A DNA stretch of 63,389 nt, filler included, from Octopus bimaculoides (taxonomy: Eukaryota): the NCBI RefSeq assembly GCF_001194135.2. It is 4 parts of 4 records of this genome, joined end to end, with 100 filler letters (N's around TTAATTAATTAA, not from the genome) between each part and the next. Parts side by side here need not be neighbours in the genome. Positions count along the whole stretch, not along the records: positions 31,603 to 62,170 come from NC_068983.1; 3 more parts are not named here. The stretch is one strand, 5' to 3'. Positions 36,232-48,411 of this stretch are shown here, piece by piece. Within the stretch, counting starts at the first letter, position 1; the number at the start of each line of letters is the position of its first letter. The notes beneath the pieces are model-generated. The model did not search any database. It saw only the letters and a program-made list of their open reading frames with translations, and was not told where the DNA came from. The position numbers were made by a program, and so were the translations under genes.

Positions 36232-37026
36232 TGGAATGTTAATAATGAAAGCAATGATGTTTGGTAAATTTAGAATAATTTGATTTTCTTTTTCATCAAT
36301 CGTTTTAGTAAGGCAATAAGGAAAGAAACGAGTCATCACGCATCGGGCAAGCTCTGGATGAATACTCGCCTTAATAAGAAACGGTTACAGACTTCCGCAT
36401 TCTCCTAGCTCCCGTTTAGTGAAGTCCCGTACCCTAGTGGTTAGGGTGTTGCAATCACGATCGCAATCGCAGTGCGTTGTGTTCTTGAACAAAACGACCT
36501 CATTTCATGTTGTTCCAGTTCTCACAGCGGTAAATGTGCAACTCTATCATAGACCGGCGTCCAGTTCAGAGGGAAAGTTGTGATCTCGGTCATTTAAACA
36601 GCATGGAAAGCAGGTAGCCAGCCGTTCGTGTCCTAGGACTCGAGTCGGTACTTACTGCTTCCTTAAAGGTAGAACATCTTTATAATGTGATCCTGCATAA
36701 TCCTAAAATGGTTTAGAAAAATGTTTGATCTGTCATGGTTGGCCGGATGGCTAAACAGCTGCAAGAAAATGAGCAGTTATCGTAGAAGCTTTCAATGTGA
36801 GACAGTATCATAGGAAAACTAGATCCCAGCCATCTTTTGTTCTTGGGGAACTTTCGGAGTTCATTCTTGATTTGAAACAGATGTGATTTAATGAGAAGAG
36901 AATTAATTAGTGAGACACACTTTAGGACAGTCGCAGCGTAATTAATCTTGAGGAAATTATAATGCTTGTCTTGGAATGACACAAATGTAAAGGAGAATTA
37001 ATAATTATCGAGATAGGCGTAAAGAG

Positions 37027-37077
<51 letters not shown>

Positions 37078-39469
37078 NNNNNNNNNNNNNNNNNNNNNNN
37101 NNNNNNNNNNNNNNNNNNNNNNNNNNNNNNNNNNNNNNNNNNNNNNNNNNNNNNNNNNNNNNNNNNNNNNNNNNNNNNNNNNNNNNNNNNNNNNNNNNNN
37201 NNNNNNNNNNNNNNNNNNNNNNNNNNNNNNNNNNNNNNNNNNNNNNNNNNNNNNNNNNNNNNNNNNNNNNNNNNNNNNNNNNNNNNNNNNNNNNNNNNNN
37301 NNNNNNNNNNNNNNNNNNNNNNNNNNNNNNNNNNNNNNNNNNNNNNNNNNNNNNNNNNNNNNNNNNNNNNNNNNNNNNNNNNNNNNNNNNNNNNNNNNNN
37401 NNNNNNNNNNNNNNNNNNNNNNNNNNNNNNNNNNNNNNNNNNNNNNNNNNNNNNNNNNNNNNNNNNNNNNNNNNNNNNNNNNNNNNNNNNNNNNNNNNNN
37501 NNNNNNNNNNNNNNNNNNNNNNNNNNNNNNNNNNNNNNNNNNNNNNNNNNNNNNNNNNNNNNNNNNNNNNNNNNNNNNNNNNNNNNNNNNNNNNNNNNNN
37601 NNNNNNNNNNNNNNNNNNNNNNNNNNNNNNNNNNNNNNNNNNNNNNNNNNNNNNNNNNNNNNNNNNNNNNNNNNNNNNNNNNNNNNNNNNNNNNNNNNNN
37701 NNNNNNNNNNNNNNNNNNNNNNNNNNNNNNNNNNNNNNNNNNNNNNNNNNNNNNNNNNNNNNNNNNNNNNNNNNNNNNNNNNNNNNNNNNNNNNNNNNNN
37801 NNNNNNNNNNNNNNNNNNNNNNNNNNNNNNNNNNNNNNNNNNNNNNNNNNNNNNNNNNNNNNNNNNNNNNNNNNNNNNNNNNNNNNNNNNNNNNNNNNNN
37901 NNNNNNNNNNNNNNNNNNNNNNNNNNNNNNNNNNNNNNNNNNNNNNNNNNNNNNNNNNNNNNGAGAGAGAGAGAGAGAGAGAGAGAGGGGGAGAGAGATG
38001 GTACGGCAACTGTGTATATTAAACCTGCTGTTCTCGGTTGGTATGCAGCCGTATCATATTGCACTTTAGATAGATCACTGCTGTACAAAATGGTGTTTGG
38101 TTGTCGGTTAGGTTGGCTTATAGCATATAACACATAGCTGCATATACCATATCATCGTAGCAGCTTCATTAGGACGTGGTGCTTTCGTTTATCGTAGCAT
38201 CACCTCTATATTTTCTACTAAACACTTGGCTTTTTGCCTGGGGTGTAGGTATGTACGTGTATTTGTGCGTGCATGCGTTCGTGTGCATGCGTGTGTGTGT
38301 GTGTGCATGCGTCTGTATCTGTGTATGTATGTGTGTGTCTTTCTGTTGTATGTAGGAAACAGAGAAAGGGAGAAGGAAGAGAGAAAAGGGGGAGGGAGAG
38401 ATAAAGGGAGAGAGAAAATGGGAGAGCGAGGGCGAGAGAGTGTGTATGTGTGCGTGTGCGTATGTGCAGTGATAGTAATCGTTTGCCATCTCTAGCGAAT
38501 TGCAAGTTTGTCTTTTAATTTATTAATCTGCATGTATGTGTGTCTCTTCTATTTTTTTATTATTATAAATCTTCCACTGAGGAGGGAGCCAGTTTCCAAC
38601 AAAGATACAAGGTTCCGTCTTTGGGATGTAGTTAACACAGACAAAATTCACATTTGGAACTTCAGAAAAGTCTTGCATATTTTTACTGTTCCATTCACAG
38701 ATTCGGCTTGTAATATACGGATTATGTATGTATCTTTGTATGTATGTATGACGGTGGCGATGGTGGTAATAGTTATAGTAATGATTCTGATGAGATAGTG
38801 ATGATGATCGTGGTAGTGGCATTGTATTGCTGTAATGGTTGTTGCAGTAGTAATTAAAGTGACGGTGGTATTAACGACGGCTGTGATTGATGGAAGGGAT
38901 TTTGGGTAGAGCTGAGCGGTTTGTGATGGTGAATCTGCTGATGGTAAGTCTCTTGGTAAATGGATATACATAGGAACTGAAAAGCGAGTACCAACCGATT
39001 GTTGGTGCAGCTCTCGCTCTCCTACTCTCTCTCTTTCACCCTCCTCCTCCTGCCTTGACGTCCCAGATGTGCTCCTGGACCAAAGGGTGAGACAGTCAAG
39101 ACTATATAGGTATCAAAAATCAATTAGCAAAAGCATTTAGCTACCTGTTATCAGTCGGTCCAGAGCCATGTCTTCGAATCTTATCAACGAGCGTTCAGAC
39201 CACGATAATTTGTTAAACGACGATCGAATGATAATAGGAGACATACGAAAGAAATCAGATCAAACGAAGGATTAGTGGATCGATTTAAATGATCGATTTC
39301 CACACACATGGATATATATATATATATAAGTGTGTATGTGTGTGTCAGCATGTATGTGTTTGCATGTATTAATATATAATTATGTATCTCTACATGCGAA
39401 CGTGCACGCCTGTGTTTAGGCATGTGTACCTATACATCGATTTATAGATTTATGTTAAACACACACACG

Positions 39470-39532
<63 letters not shown>

Positions 39533-40071
39533 AAACATGCACAAATACTCATACACACATGCGCAGAAAATGATTCAATGCTAGAGAGAAAGAAAGAGAA
39601 GTATTGGTTTGGCAGTGGAAAGAAAACCCACACCTTATCTTGTAAATATATAATATAAATATACATTCACAGCAACACGTGACAAAATATCCCAATGTTT
39701 ATTTTTTATTGTATTAAGTTCTTGTTTTATAAATCTACTATGCATATCCCTGCCTAATTAATTATTCAACTTAAAATTAGTGACGTCCAGGTTCGCTGAA
39801 TCAAACTGGAACATAGAAACTAATAACGGGGAAAAAATTAATAAACATGGAACTCCTCTCATCAGCCATGGAGACCGGAATCAGCTTAATTTCGGCGTAT
39901 TTAAAGTTCAAATATTTTACGTTCCATAATACCACTCCTCTGGTTCCGCGCCAGTGACCGTGAAGATTACAGATATGATGCGTATTCAAGTACTTAATGG
40001 GGAAGTAAACAACATATCAATGAGACAGAAATCCACGGATAAATACATACAAGCATATATGCTTATAAATA

Positions 40072-40515
40072 TAGGGTGTCCCAAAAGTAATTGACGTATT
40101 TCAATTTTTAACTTACAAATAAAAGCATGAAATTTTGATACAATATAAAGGACATTATGGAAGTTAATTTAGAAGGAAAATGTTCGAATGCTGATTCATG
40201 ATTTTCTGTAGTCCTTGATGTTCTTATATTTATAAACACGCATAGTTATGTCGGATGACCATTTGTGTCCGAACAAGAATATCAATGACTGCAGGAAATC
40301 TTGAATGAGCATTCGAAATTTTAACTTCTAAAGTTTTTCGACAACAACTCACACAGCCGCGGCGCGATATTGGCATGATCAAAGGCAAAGCGAAGCATGA
40401 TATCTAATATTAGAAAAGTCCGCTGGTTCCAATATGTGACGGACAAGTTCTTCAGCTGCAGTTAGTACTTCTTTAATATAACCAAGGTTATTCACTGCGC
40501 GGGTGGTTATACGAG
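40072..40515 (-). mobile_element. Heavily decayed Tc1/mariner 3' end
   Basis: TAGGGTGTCCCAAAAGT terminus resembling the CAGGGTGTCC TIR; the minus strand retains traces of PRS...GYIKE and NGH-type transposase C-terminal motifs. Confidence 0.35.
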
Positions 40516-40596
40516 GACATAAGCATACATACATACATACATACATACATAATACCTAAATACTTAGTGAACTTAAGAAGTTATAATACATATATG

Positions 40597-40628
<32 letters not shown>

Positions 40629-42720
40629 CATAGACATACATACACAGATACATACACAACCATATAAGCATAAATACTTACATTCATATATACATACATG
40701 CGTACTCACATACATATATGCATACATGCATTCATACATGTAACCATCCAGGCAGCTTTGTAGACCGGTCTCGGTGAGTATGTGTGTGAATATATGTGAG
40801 AATGTGTGAGTATGTGTGTGCGTTAATATGTGTGTGTGCGTAAATGTGTCTGTGTGTGTGTGTGTGGGGGGTTCTTATTCCTCTAGCTTCCAGTACCTCT
40901 GTTCCCGCACGATACATCAATCATTTCTTTGTGTTTAAATATTCAGCATTATTGCCATTTATATAAAACGCAGCCAATCTGGAAGACTACATTTTCTATA
41001 TATAAATCTACCACCGTTCTTTTCTATCTACCTAAGAATTTATTAACTTCTTTGTCTAACAACACTCTGTCTCTCCCACTCACTTTCTATCTCTCTCACT
41101 CTCACTCTCACTCTCTCTCACTCTCTCTCACTCTCTCCCTTACTAGGCCTCATTCTCTCTGCGTATGTGTGTGTGTGTGTGTGTTTCTGTGAGGGATGTA
41201 TATATTTTTACCAGACAGCATCGTGATTATTTACAATATCGTCTGACAGATCAGATGCGTATATCATTTGCGTTTGTTTAAAACTCTGAGTAACGTTGCA
41301 ATGGAGTCAGCCATTGACTTTATCCACACACACAAACGTGCACATGAAACGATACACACACACACACATGTATATATATACATATAAATACGTACATGCA
41401 CACACACATACATACATATATATATGCATACAGAAAATTATGTAGTTATATATCAATTGGTGTTTATCTTAATAAAACAGCTGCTGTGTACAATTAGAGC
41501 ATGCGCAATGGGAAATTGATTCCTTTCTGCTAAGTATGTTCCTCACCAAGATCGTTTTAACCTATTGTGTATATACACAGTAGTTTAATAACCTGTCGAA
41601 GTTCAATGACTTGCTATGTCTGTCTGTCTGTCTGTATAAAAAAGATGTTCGACTTGCATCATTAACTTTGATGCCTACACACATACACACATACACACAC
41701 ACAGACACACACTCACTCACTCACTCACATATATATGTATATAATTTAAAACGGTTTCATTCGGTTTCGGTGATTTTTCAAATATATATATATATATATA
41801 TATATATANNNNNNNNNNNNNNNNNNNNNNNNNNNNNNNNNNNNNNNNNNNNNNNNNNNNNNNNNNNNNNNNNNNNNNNNNNNNNNNNNNNNNNNNNNNN
41901 NNNNNNNNNNNNNNNNNNNNNNNNNNNNNNNNNNNNNNNNNNNNNNNNNNNNNNNNNNNNNNNNNNNNNNNNNNNNNNNNNNNNNNNNNNNNNNNNNNNN
42001 NNNNNNNNNNNNNNNNNNNNNNNNNNNNNNNNNNNNNNNNNNNNNNNNNNNNNNNNNNNNNNNNNNNNNNNNNNNNNNNNNNNNNNNNNNNNNNNNNNNN
42101 NNNNNNNNNNNNNNNNNNNNNNNNNNNNNNNNNNNNNNNNNNNNNNNNNNNNNNNNNNNNNNNNNNNNNNNNNNNNNNNNNNNNNNNNNNNNNNNNNNNN
42201 NNNNNNNNNNNNNNNNNNNNNNNNNNNNNNNNNNNNNNNNNNNNNNNNNNNNNNNNNNNNNNNNNNNNNNNNNNNNNNNNNNNNNNNNNNNNNNNNNNNN
42301 NNNNNNNNNNNNNNNNNNNNNNNNNNNNNNNNNNNNNNNNNNNNNNNNNNNNNNNNNNNNNNNNNNNNNNNNNNNNNNNNNNNNNNNNNNNNNNNNNNNN
42401 NNNNNNNNNNNNNNNNNNNNNNNNNNNNNNNNNNNNNNNNNNNNNNNNNNNNNNNNNNNNNNNNNNNNNNNNNNNNNNNNNNNNNNNNNNNNNNNNNNNN
42501 NNNNNNNNNNNNNNNNNNNNNNNNNNNNNNNNNNNNNNNNNNNNNNNNNNNNNNNNNNNNNNNNNNNNNNNNNNNNNNNNAGTTTTTGTGATGTTTTTAC
42601 GGCCTTAATAAAAAAGCATATTAATCTACTTTCGGTATTCTAGTACTATCCTTTCCACCTTGTTTTGCATTTATGTGCTTAGTGAGTTACAGAAGTTACG
42701 CAAGATTCTTAGAATTCAAT

Positions 42721-42763
<43 letters not shown>

Positions 42764-42766
42764 CTC

Positions 42767-42836
<70 letters not shown>

Positions 42837-43471
42837 CATAAGAAAGGAAGAGAGTAAGGTGATGCATACAGCCATTTGATAGTATTAAGTTTTGATAATA
42901 ACATCTTGTTAAATAAAAGCTATATCTTTAAAACTACTAAATTTTTTCTTCTACGTTGAAGTTTGTTATGTAAGATTAGTTGTCTATAGTTAATAAATCA
43001 AAAATAAACAATTATTTAAGCGCAATTTACGATACTATATACCTACACACATACACACACAGAAGTGTGCGTATATTCATATATATTATATAATACTTAT
43101 TGTATGTACGCATGCCTGTATGTATGCATGCATGTATGGATGCATGTGTGTATGTGTGTGCGTGTGTGTGAGCGTGCGTTAATATGCGTATGTATACACA
43201 TATGTATATGTCTTAAGGCAAAAGTTGGCAGTAGCTTTGGCAGATAACCACACCAAGTTTTAAGAAGGCTCAAATTACGTAACTAACCATATTTAACGAT
43301 AGACGTCTGCTGAAATCTTTCAGGTACAAGAGTAAAAATAAACATACAAGCACTTTATTCGAATTACTTATGCAGGAAGCCAGTACGCGGTCTTTCAAAA
43401 CAGCTAGAAATAGAAACCAAATCTCTCTCTCATACCACATTGTACCTTTTTCAAAATGCGATCTATGAAGT

Positions 43472-43553
<82 letters not shown>

Positions 43554-43740
43554 TTCAGACAAATACATAAGAAAAACACCAGGACTTACAAAAACATACA
43601 GAAAATTGCACTACTGGGCACTGCACTCATCCTACGCAAAACACTTTCAATACAGTAACCATAAGAGCATCACAGCAAACCACAGCACAGAGCTGCGCTC
43701 GGTAGTGAAGTGAAAGCACGTTATAAAAATAAAACTTCTG
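43554..43740 (+). mobile_element. 5'-truncated Dong/R4-clade retrotransposon inserted in an (AAC/AAT)n tract
   Basis: C-terminus NIQKIALLGTALILRKTLSIQ* is typical of R4/Dong elements; a short 3' UTR follows, and (AAC)n(AAT)n arrays flank both sides. Confidence 0.75.
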
Positions 43741-43752
43741 AACAACAACAAC

Positions 43753-43845
<93 letters not shown>

Positions 43846-44949
43846 AATGATGATGACAATAATGAAATAGACGTGTTGTTTACTGTTAAAATTTCATCCA
43901 TGATAGGTCTGCTCGACCTAAATGAAAACAACTTGTGAATCTGTGATGAATTTGATATCCATTAATTAATTTATGCATCGCGGGGTGGAGGTGGTGGGGT
44001 TCTGAGACGATAAAATTCTACGTTCCAGAGAAGTAGCGTGGATTCTAGCCTCCTTGTGCGGTAGCCAAAATAGCCGTTTCTTCCTTAAACGTAACATACA
44101 TCAAACATTCATATAAAAAGTATCTTGACTTGTGCGGTCCGCAAACTCTGTCCCACCTCCCCCAATAGAACGTAACTGATGCAATCTGCTATTTGTTTTC
44201 TCTTTTCTTTCGCACAATTAGTTCAAGTTCTTTACGAAAAAACCGTTCACATATCTTTCTGACGCTAATTATAACAAAGAATTCCAATTGACAGGAACTG
44301 TAAATAGCGTCAGAGTGTTTTCTCTGTAGTCAATCATCTAGAACCTATTACCCTTTATATTTAAATGCCAGCCGAAATGTCTATTCAATGAGTGCTGCCT
44401 TTGTGGGATGAGAAATAACGACCATCAAATTAGGATGGAAGAGAGAGCAACCGTTACTCCGTCGGTTACGACGACAAGTGTTCCAGTTGATCCGATCAAC
44501 GGAACAGCCTGCTCGTGAAATTAACGTACAAGTGGCTGAGCATTCAACAGACTCGTGTATCTTTGAAGTAGATCTCAGGGAAATTCAGTGAGACTCAGAA
44601 TGTGACAAAGCTGACCCTTTAAGATATAGGTACTACACATTTTTCCAATTGAGTGGACTGGAGCAACGAGAAATAAAGTGTCTTACTCAAGGACACAATT
44701 GCACCGCCGGGAATCGATCTAACGATCTTACGGTCACGAGCCGAATATCTTAACCACTAGCCACGCCCCTTCAACGAAAGAGTTTATAGATGTTCATGAG
44801 AATGTCCATTCAAGATATAGAACGATGAAGTTTGTGTTACTCAAAGATATTTAACGGTACACATTACTGTTTCTTCCGAACCAATCACTCTTAAACTCAG
44901 AATATTTATCCCTTCTTCTGGCATACACCGCGATCAGATTTGTTGTGCC

Positions 44950-45475
44950 TGAGAAATGCAGCTAAACCTAAGGGTTAGACTCACTAATTTTCCTAAAGGA
45001 GATAATAGTGATATCACTCTGACCAGACAGGTTCCGGCTATCCAGAAGTGTGAAAACAATAAATATTTCAGAATTGACACTGCCCTAGGAAGACAGGTTC
45101 GACATTTCTCACCAGCTGAAGAAAACCAAATATCAGAACCTGGTCGATGAGGAACTTGTCAAGGGATATCATGAAGCCTCATTCCATATTGATGTTGGCT
45201 GCCGTTTCTTTCCAGCCAAATCGGTGTGCTATTTCCTACAGGAGATTGGTTTAGAATTCAGGCAAGTGAACAAAACCAGGGTGATAGGCATGGCCGTTGA
45301 AACCAACTCAAGGTGGCATAAATTGACAAGAGATCGCAGATGGAACCCTTTAGCAAGCGAAGACTTATTTAGTCTTTGCTGCCCCTCTCAGATGAATCGT
45401 AAAGGCTAAGGGGCGAAAAGCTTGTGAACCTGAGATATATGATGATGATACAGAAGGATTTCCAACATTGCGATG
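44950..45475 (+). mobile_element. HERO/NeSL-like non-LTR retrotransposon 3' fragment (restriction-like endonuclease domain plus 3' UTR)
   Basis: EMQLNLRVRLTNFPKG..ITL/PD.V... then ELTLP*EDRFDISHQLKKTKYQNLVDEELVKGY...IDVGCRFFPAKSVCYFLQEIG; matches the PD..ELTVPWE...K.KY..L...GW...IEVGCRGF pattern of HERO-type RLE elements. Decayed. Confidence 0.8.
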
Positions 45476-45760
45476 GATTTACAAAAGCTTGCAATATTTA
45501 ACTCTTACAGGTTCTGAATAGCTCCTGCAAGTTCTGTGTAGAACGAAGCATCTCTGAAGTTTATTTCACTTGGAAATTGTGTTACACCATTTCTATCTAA
45601 AGTTAGCATTGTTACAGGTGGGTTGGCATCTAGATTCACTGATGATAAATTGCTGGATGAGGCTAGTAAATGTCTTTTATAGTTTCCTTTAACTAAAGGC
45701 AACTTTTGTATGGCTTTACAGCATGATTATAAAAAAGACACAGCAATGGAGGTGTGTCAT
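45455..45760 (-). pseudogene. Possible decayed leucine-rich-repeat gene fragment
   Basis: Minus frame NLSSVNLDANPPVTMLTLDRNGVTQFPSEINF...AIQNL*ELNIAS contains an LxxLxLxxNxVxxFP repeat and a second LxELNI start interrupted by TAA; a hydrophobic MTHLHCCVFFIIML lies upstream in another frame. Confidence 0.3.
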
Positions 45761-46762
45761 TTGTCTAAACAAATCATTTCTGGTCAATATTGCAATATAA
45801 AACGATTGAACATAATACATAGAGTCGTTGTTGCAATATTACTTAATACCAACTCATTACAAATGTAATCTCCAGATATGACTATTTCGCATCTCAAAAC
45901 TTATAGAGGAGATCACCCGGTTTCTGTGGCGTATAAGTGACCAAGATCACGACATTCCCTTCCACCAGAACATCAGTCCGTCTTAAGGTTACTCATCTTA
46001 CTGCTAAGTGAACTAAAACAATGAGAAATGAAATGTTTTGCTCAAAAGTACAACGCATCGCCTGGTCCAGGAGTCTAGCGATTGTGAGTGTGACGCTTTG
46101 ACCACTAGGCGACGTAGCTTCACAACTAATTACATATGGTATGGAATAATATACCTAGTGTAGCTTATTAAGGGCCATAAAAGCAATATAATGCATTATT
46201 CGAAAGTAAAATATTTAACGCTGCTGTAAATAGTGTTTCAGTTTTAAATCCTAAGAAAACCTTTAAAGGATCGCATGCGATTCAAATTATTCGAAGTTAT
46301 TGAGGGTAAACTATCGTGAGCATTTCTTGTAATTCAAAAGGTTAAAAAAACAAAAAAAAAAAAAACCATGCTTGATTAAATATTATTACAAACACATTAT
46401 GGTTTATAATCTGTTGTNNNNNNNNNNNNNNNNNNNNNNNNNNNNNNNNNNNNNNNNNNNNNNNNNNNNNNNNNNNNNNNNNNNNNNNNNNNNNNNNNNN
46501 NNNNNNNNNNNNNNNNNNNNNNNNNNNNNNNNNNNNNNNNNNNNNNNNNNNNNNNNNNNNNNNNNNNNNNNNNNNNNNNNNNNNNNNNNNNNNNNNNNNN
46601 NNNNNNNNNNNNNNNNNNNNNNNNNNNNNNNNNNNNNNNNNNNNNNNNNNNNNNNNNNNNNNNNNNNNNNNNNNNNNNNNNNNNNNNNNNNNNNNNNNNN
46701 NNNNNNNNNNNNNNNNNNNNNNNNNNNNNNNNNNNNNNNNNNNNNNNNNNNNNNNNNNNNNN

Positions 46763-46807
<45 letters not shown>

Positions 46808-46998
46808 TATATATATATATACACACACACATATATATATATATAAATGCATATATATATACATATACATATATGTATATACCTGTGTCTATTATATATA
46901 TAGATATACATACATGTATATATGCGTGTATGTATTATATATATATATGTGTGTGTATATATATACACAAATACATGTATATATATACGTGTGTGTAT

Positions 46999-47034
<36 letters not shown>

Positions 47035-47869
47035 NNNNNNNNNNNNNNNNNNNNNNNNNNNNNNNNNNNNNNNNNNNNNNNNNNNNNNNNNNNNNNNNNN
47101 NNNNNNNNNNNNNNNNNNNNNNNNNNNNNNNNNNNNNNNNNNNNNNNNNNNNNNNNNNNNNNNNNNNNNNNNNNNNNNNNNNNNNNNNNNNNNNNNNNNN
47201 NNNNNNNNNNNNNNNNNNNNNNNNNNNNNNNNNNNNNNNNNNNNNNNNNNNNNNNNNNNNNNNNNNNNNNNNNNNNNNNNNNNNNNNNNNNNNNNNNNNN
47301 NNNNNNNNNNNNNNNNNNNNNNNNNNNNNNNNNNNNNNNNNNNNNNNNNNNNNNNNNNNNNNNNNNNNNNNNNNNNNNNNNNNNNNNNNNNNNNNNNNNN
47401 NNNNNNNNNNNNNNNNNNNNNNNNNNNNNNNNNNNNNNNNNNNNNNNNNNNNNNNNNNNNNNNNNNNNNNNNNNNNNNNNNNNNNNNNNNNNNNNNNNNN
47501 NNNNNNNNNNNNNNNNNNNNNNNNNNNNNNNNNNNNNNNNNNNNNNNNNNNNNNNNNNNNNNNNNNNNNNNNNNNNNNNNNNNNNNNNNNNNNNNNNNNN
47601 NNNNNNNNNNNNNNNNNNNNNNNNNNNNNNNNNNNNNNNNNNNNNNNNNNNNNNNNNNNNNNNNNNNNNNNNNNNNNNNNNNNNNNNNNNNNNNNNNNNN
47701 NNNNNNNNNNNNNNNNNNNNNNNNNNNNNNNNNNNNNNNNNNNNNNNNNNNNNNNNNNNNNNNNNNNNNNNNNNNNNNNNNNNNNNNNNNNNNNNNNNNG
47801 GACAGATAGACAACGTGAGAATTTTTCAACAGGTAAACCAATATTTGAAAAGTGATGGACAAAATGTAA

Positions 47870-47918
<49 letters not shown>

Positions 47919-48094
47919 TCAATAAAGGTTGTATACAATGAATAGTGTTCCAAAAAAAGAGGAAAGTGAAAAGAAGAGACTGACATTTCGGGTGAACCCT
48001 TTATAAATGTGGAGTAAGAAGCAAAATAAAATAAACAAGAAAACAAACGATATCTATTTGAAGCTTATGTGTATCTTTAGGTCACATTCTACAG

Positions 48095-48411
48095 CAGAGG
48101 TTCTCAAACTTTTTGGGCCACCGCCCCCTCCCGCCTCATGGCCACATAATAACCTCAGCACCCCTACCCCTATGTTTATGTATAGATATATATTTTATAG
48201 TTTACTAATTTATGAATCATTTGATATTTAATATATTATATAATTTGTATACAATGCTATAATAATATAAATTCATAGCGTTCCCCAATCCACTGCCTTC
48301 CTCCCAGCGCCTCCTTTTTCTCTACCCCACACCCTTAGATACCAGCGCCCACCTACCTGGACCCTCTCAACGACCAACGTGGGGCGGTAGCACCAACTTT
48401 GAGAACCCATG
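48095..48411. mobile_element. hAT (Charlie-like) MITE
   Basis: CAGAGGTTCTCAAA ... TTTGAGAACCCATG TIRs; flanks TTCTACAG / CTCTACAG. Confidence 0.75.

Noticed and set aside
38648-39150. Possible spliced minus ORF MALDRLIT|VPMYIHLPRDLPSADSPSQ...
   Set aside because: It runs into degenerate (ACC/ACT/CAT)n low complexity; competing plus-strand splice signals are present; no homology recognised.
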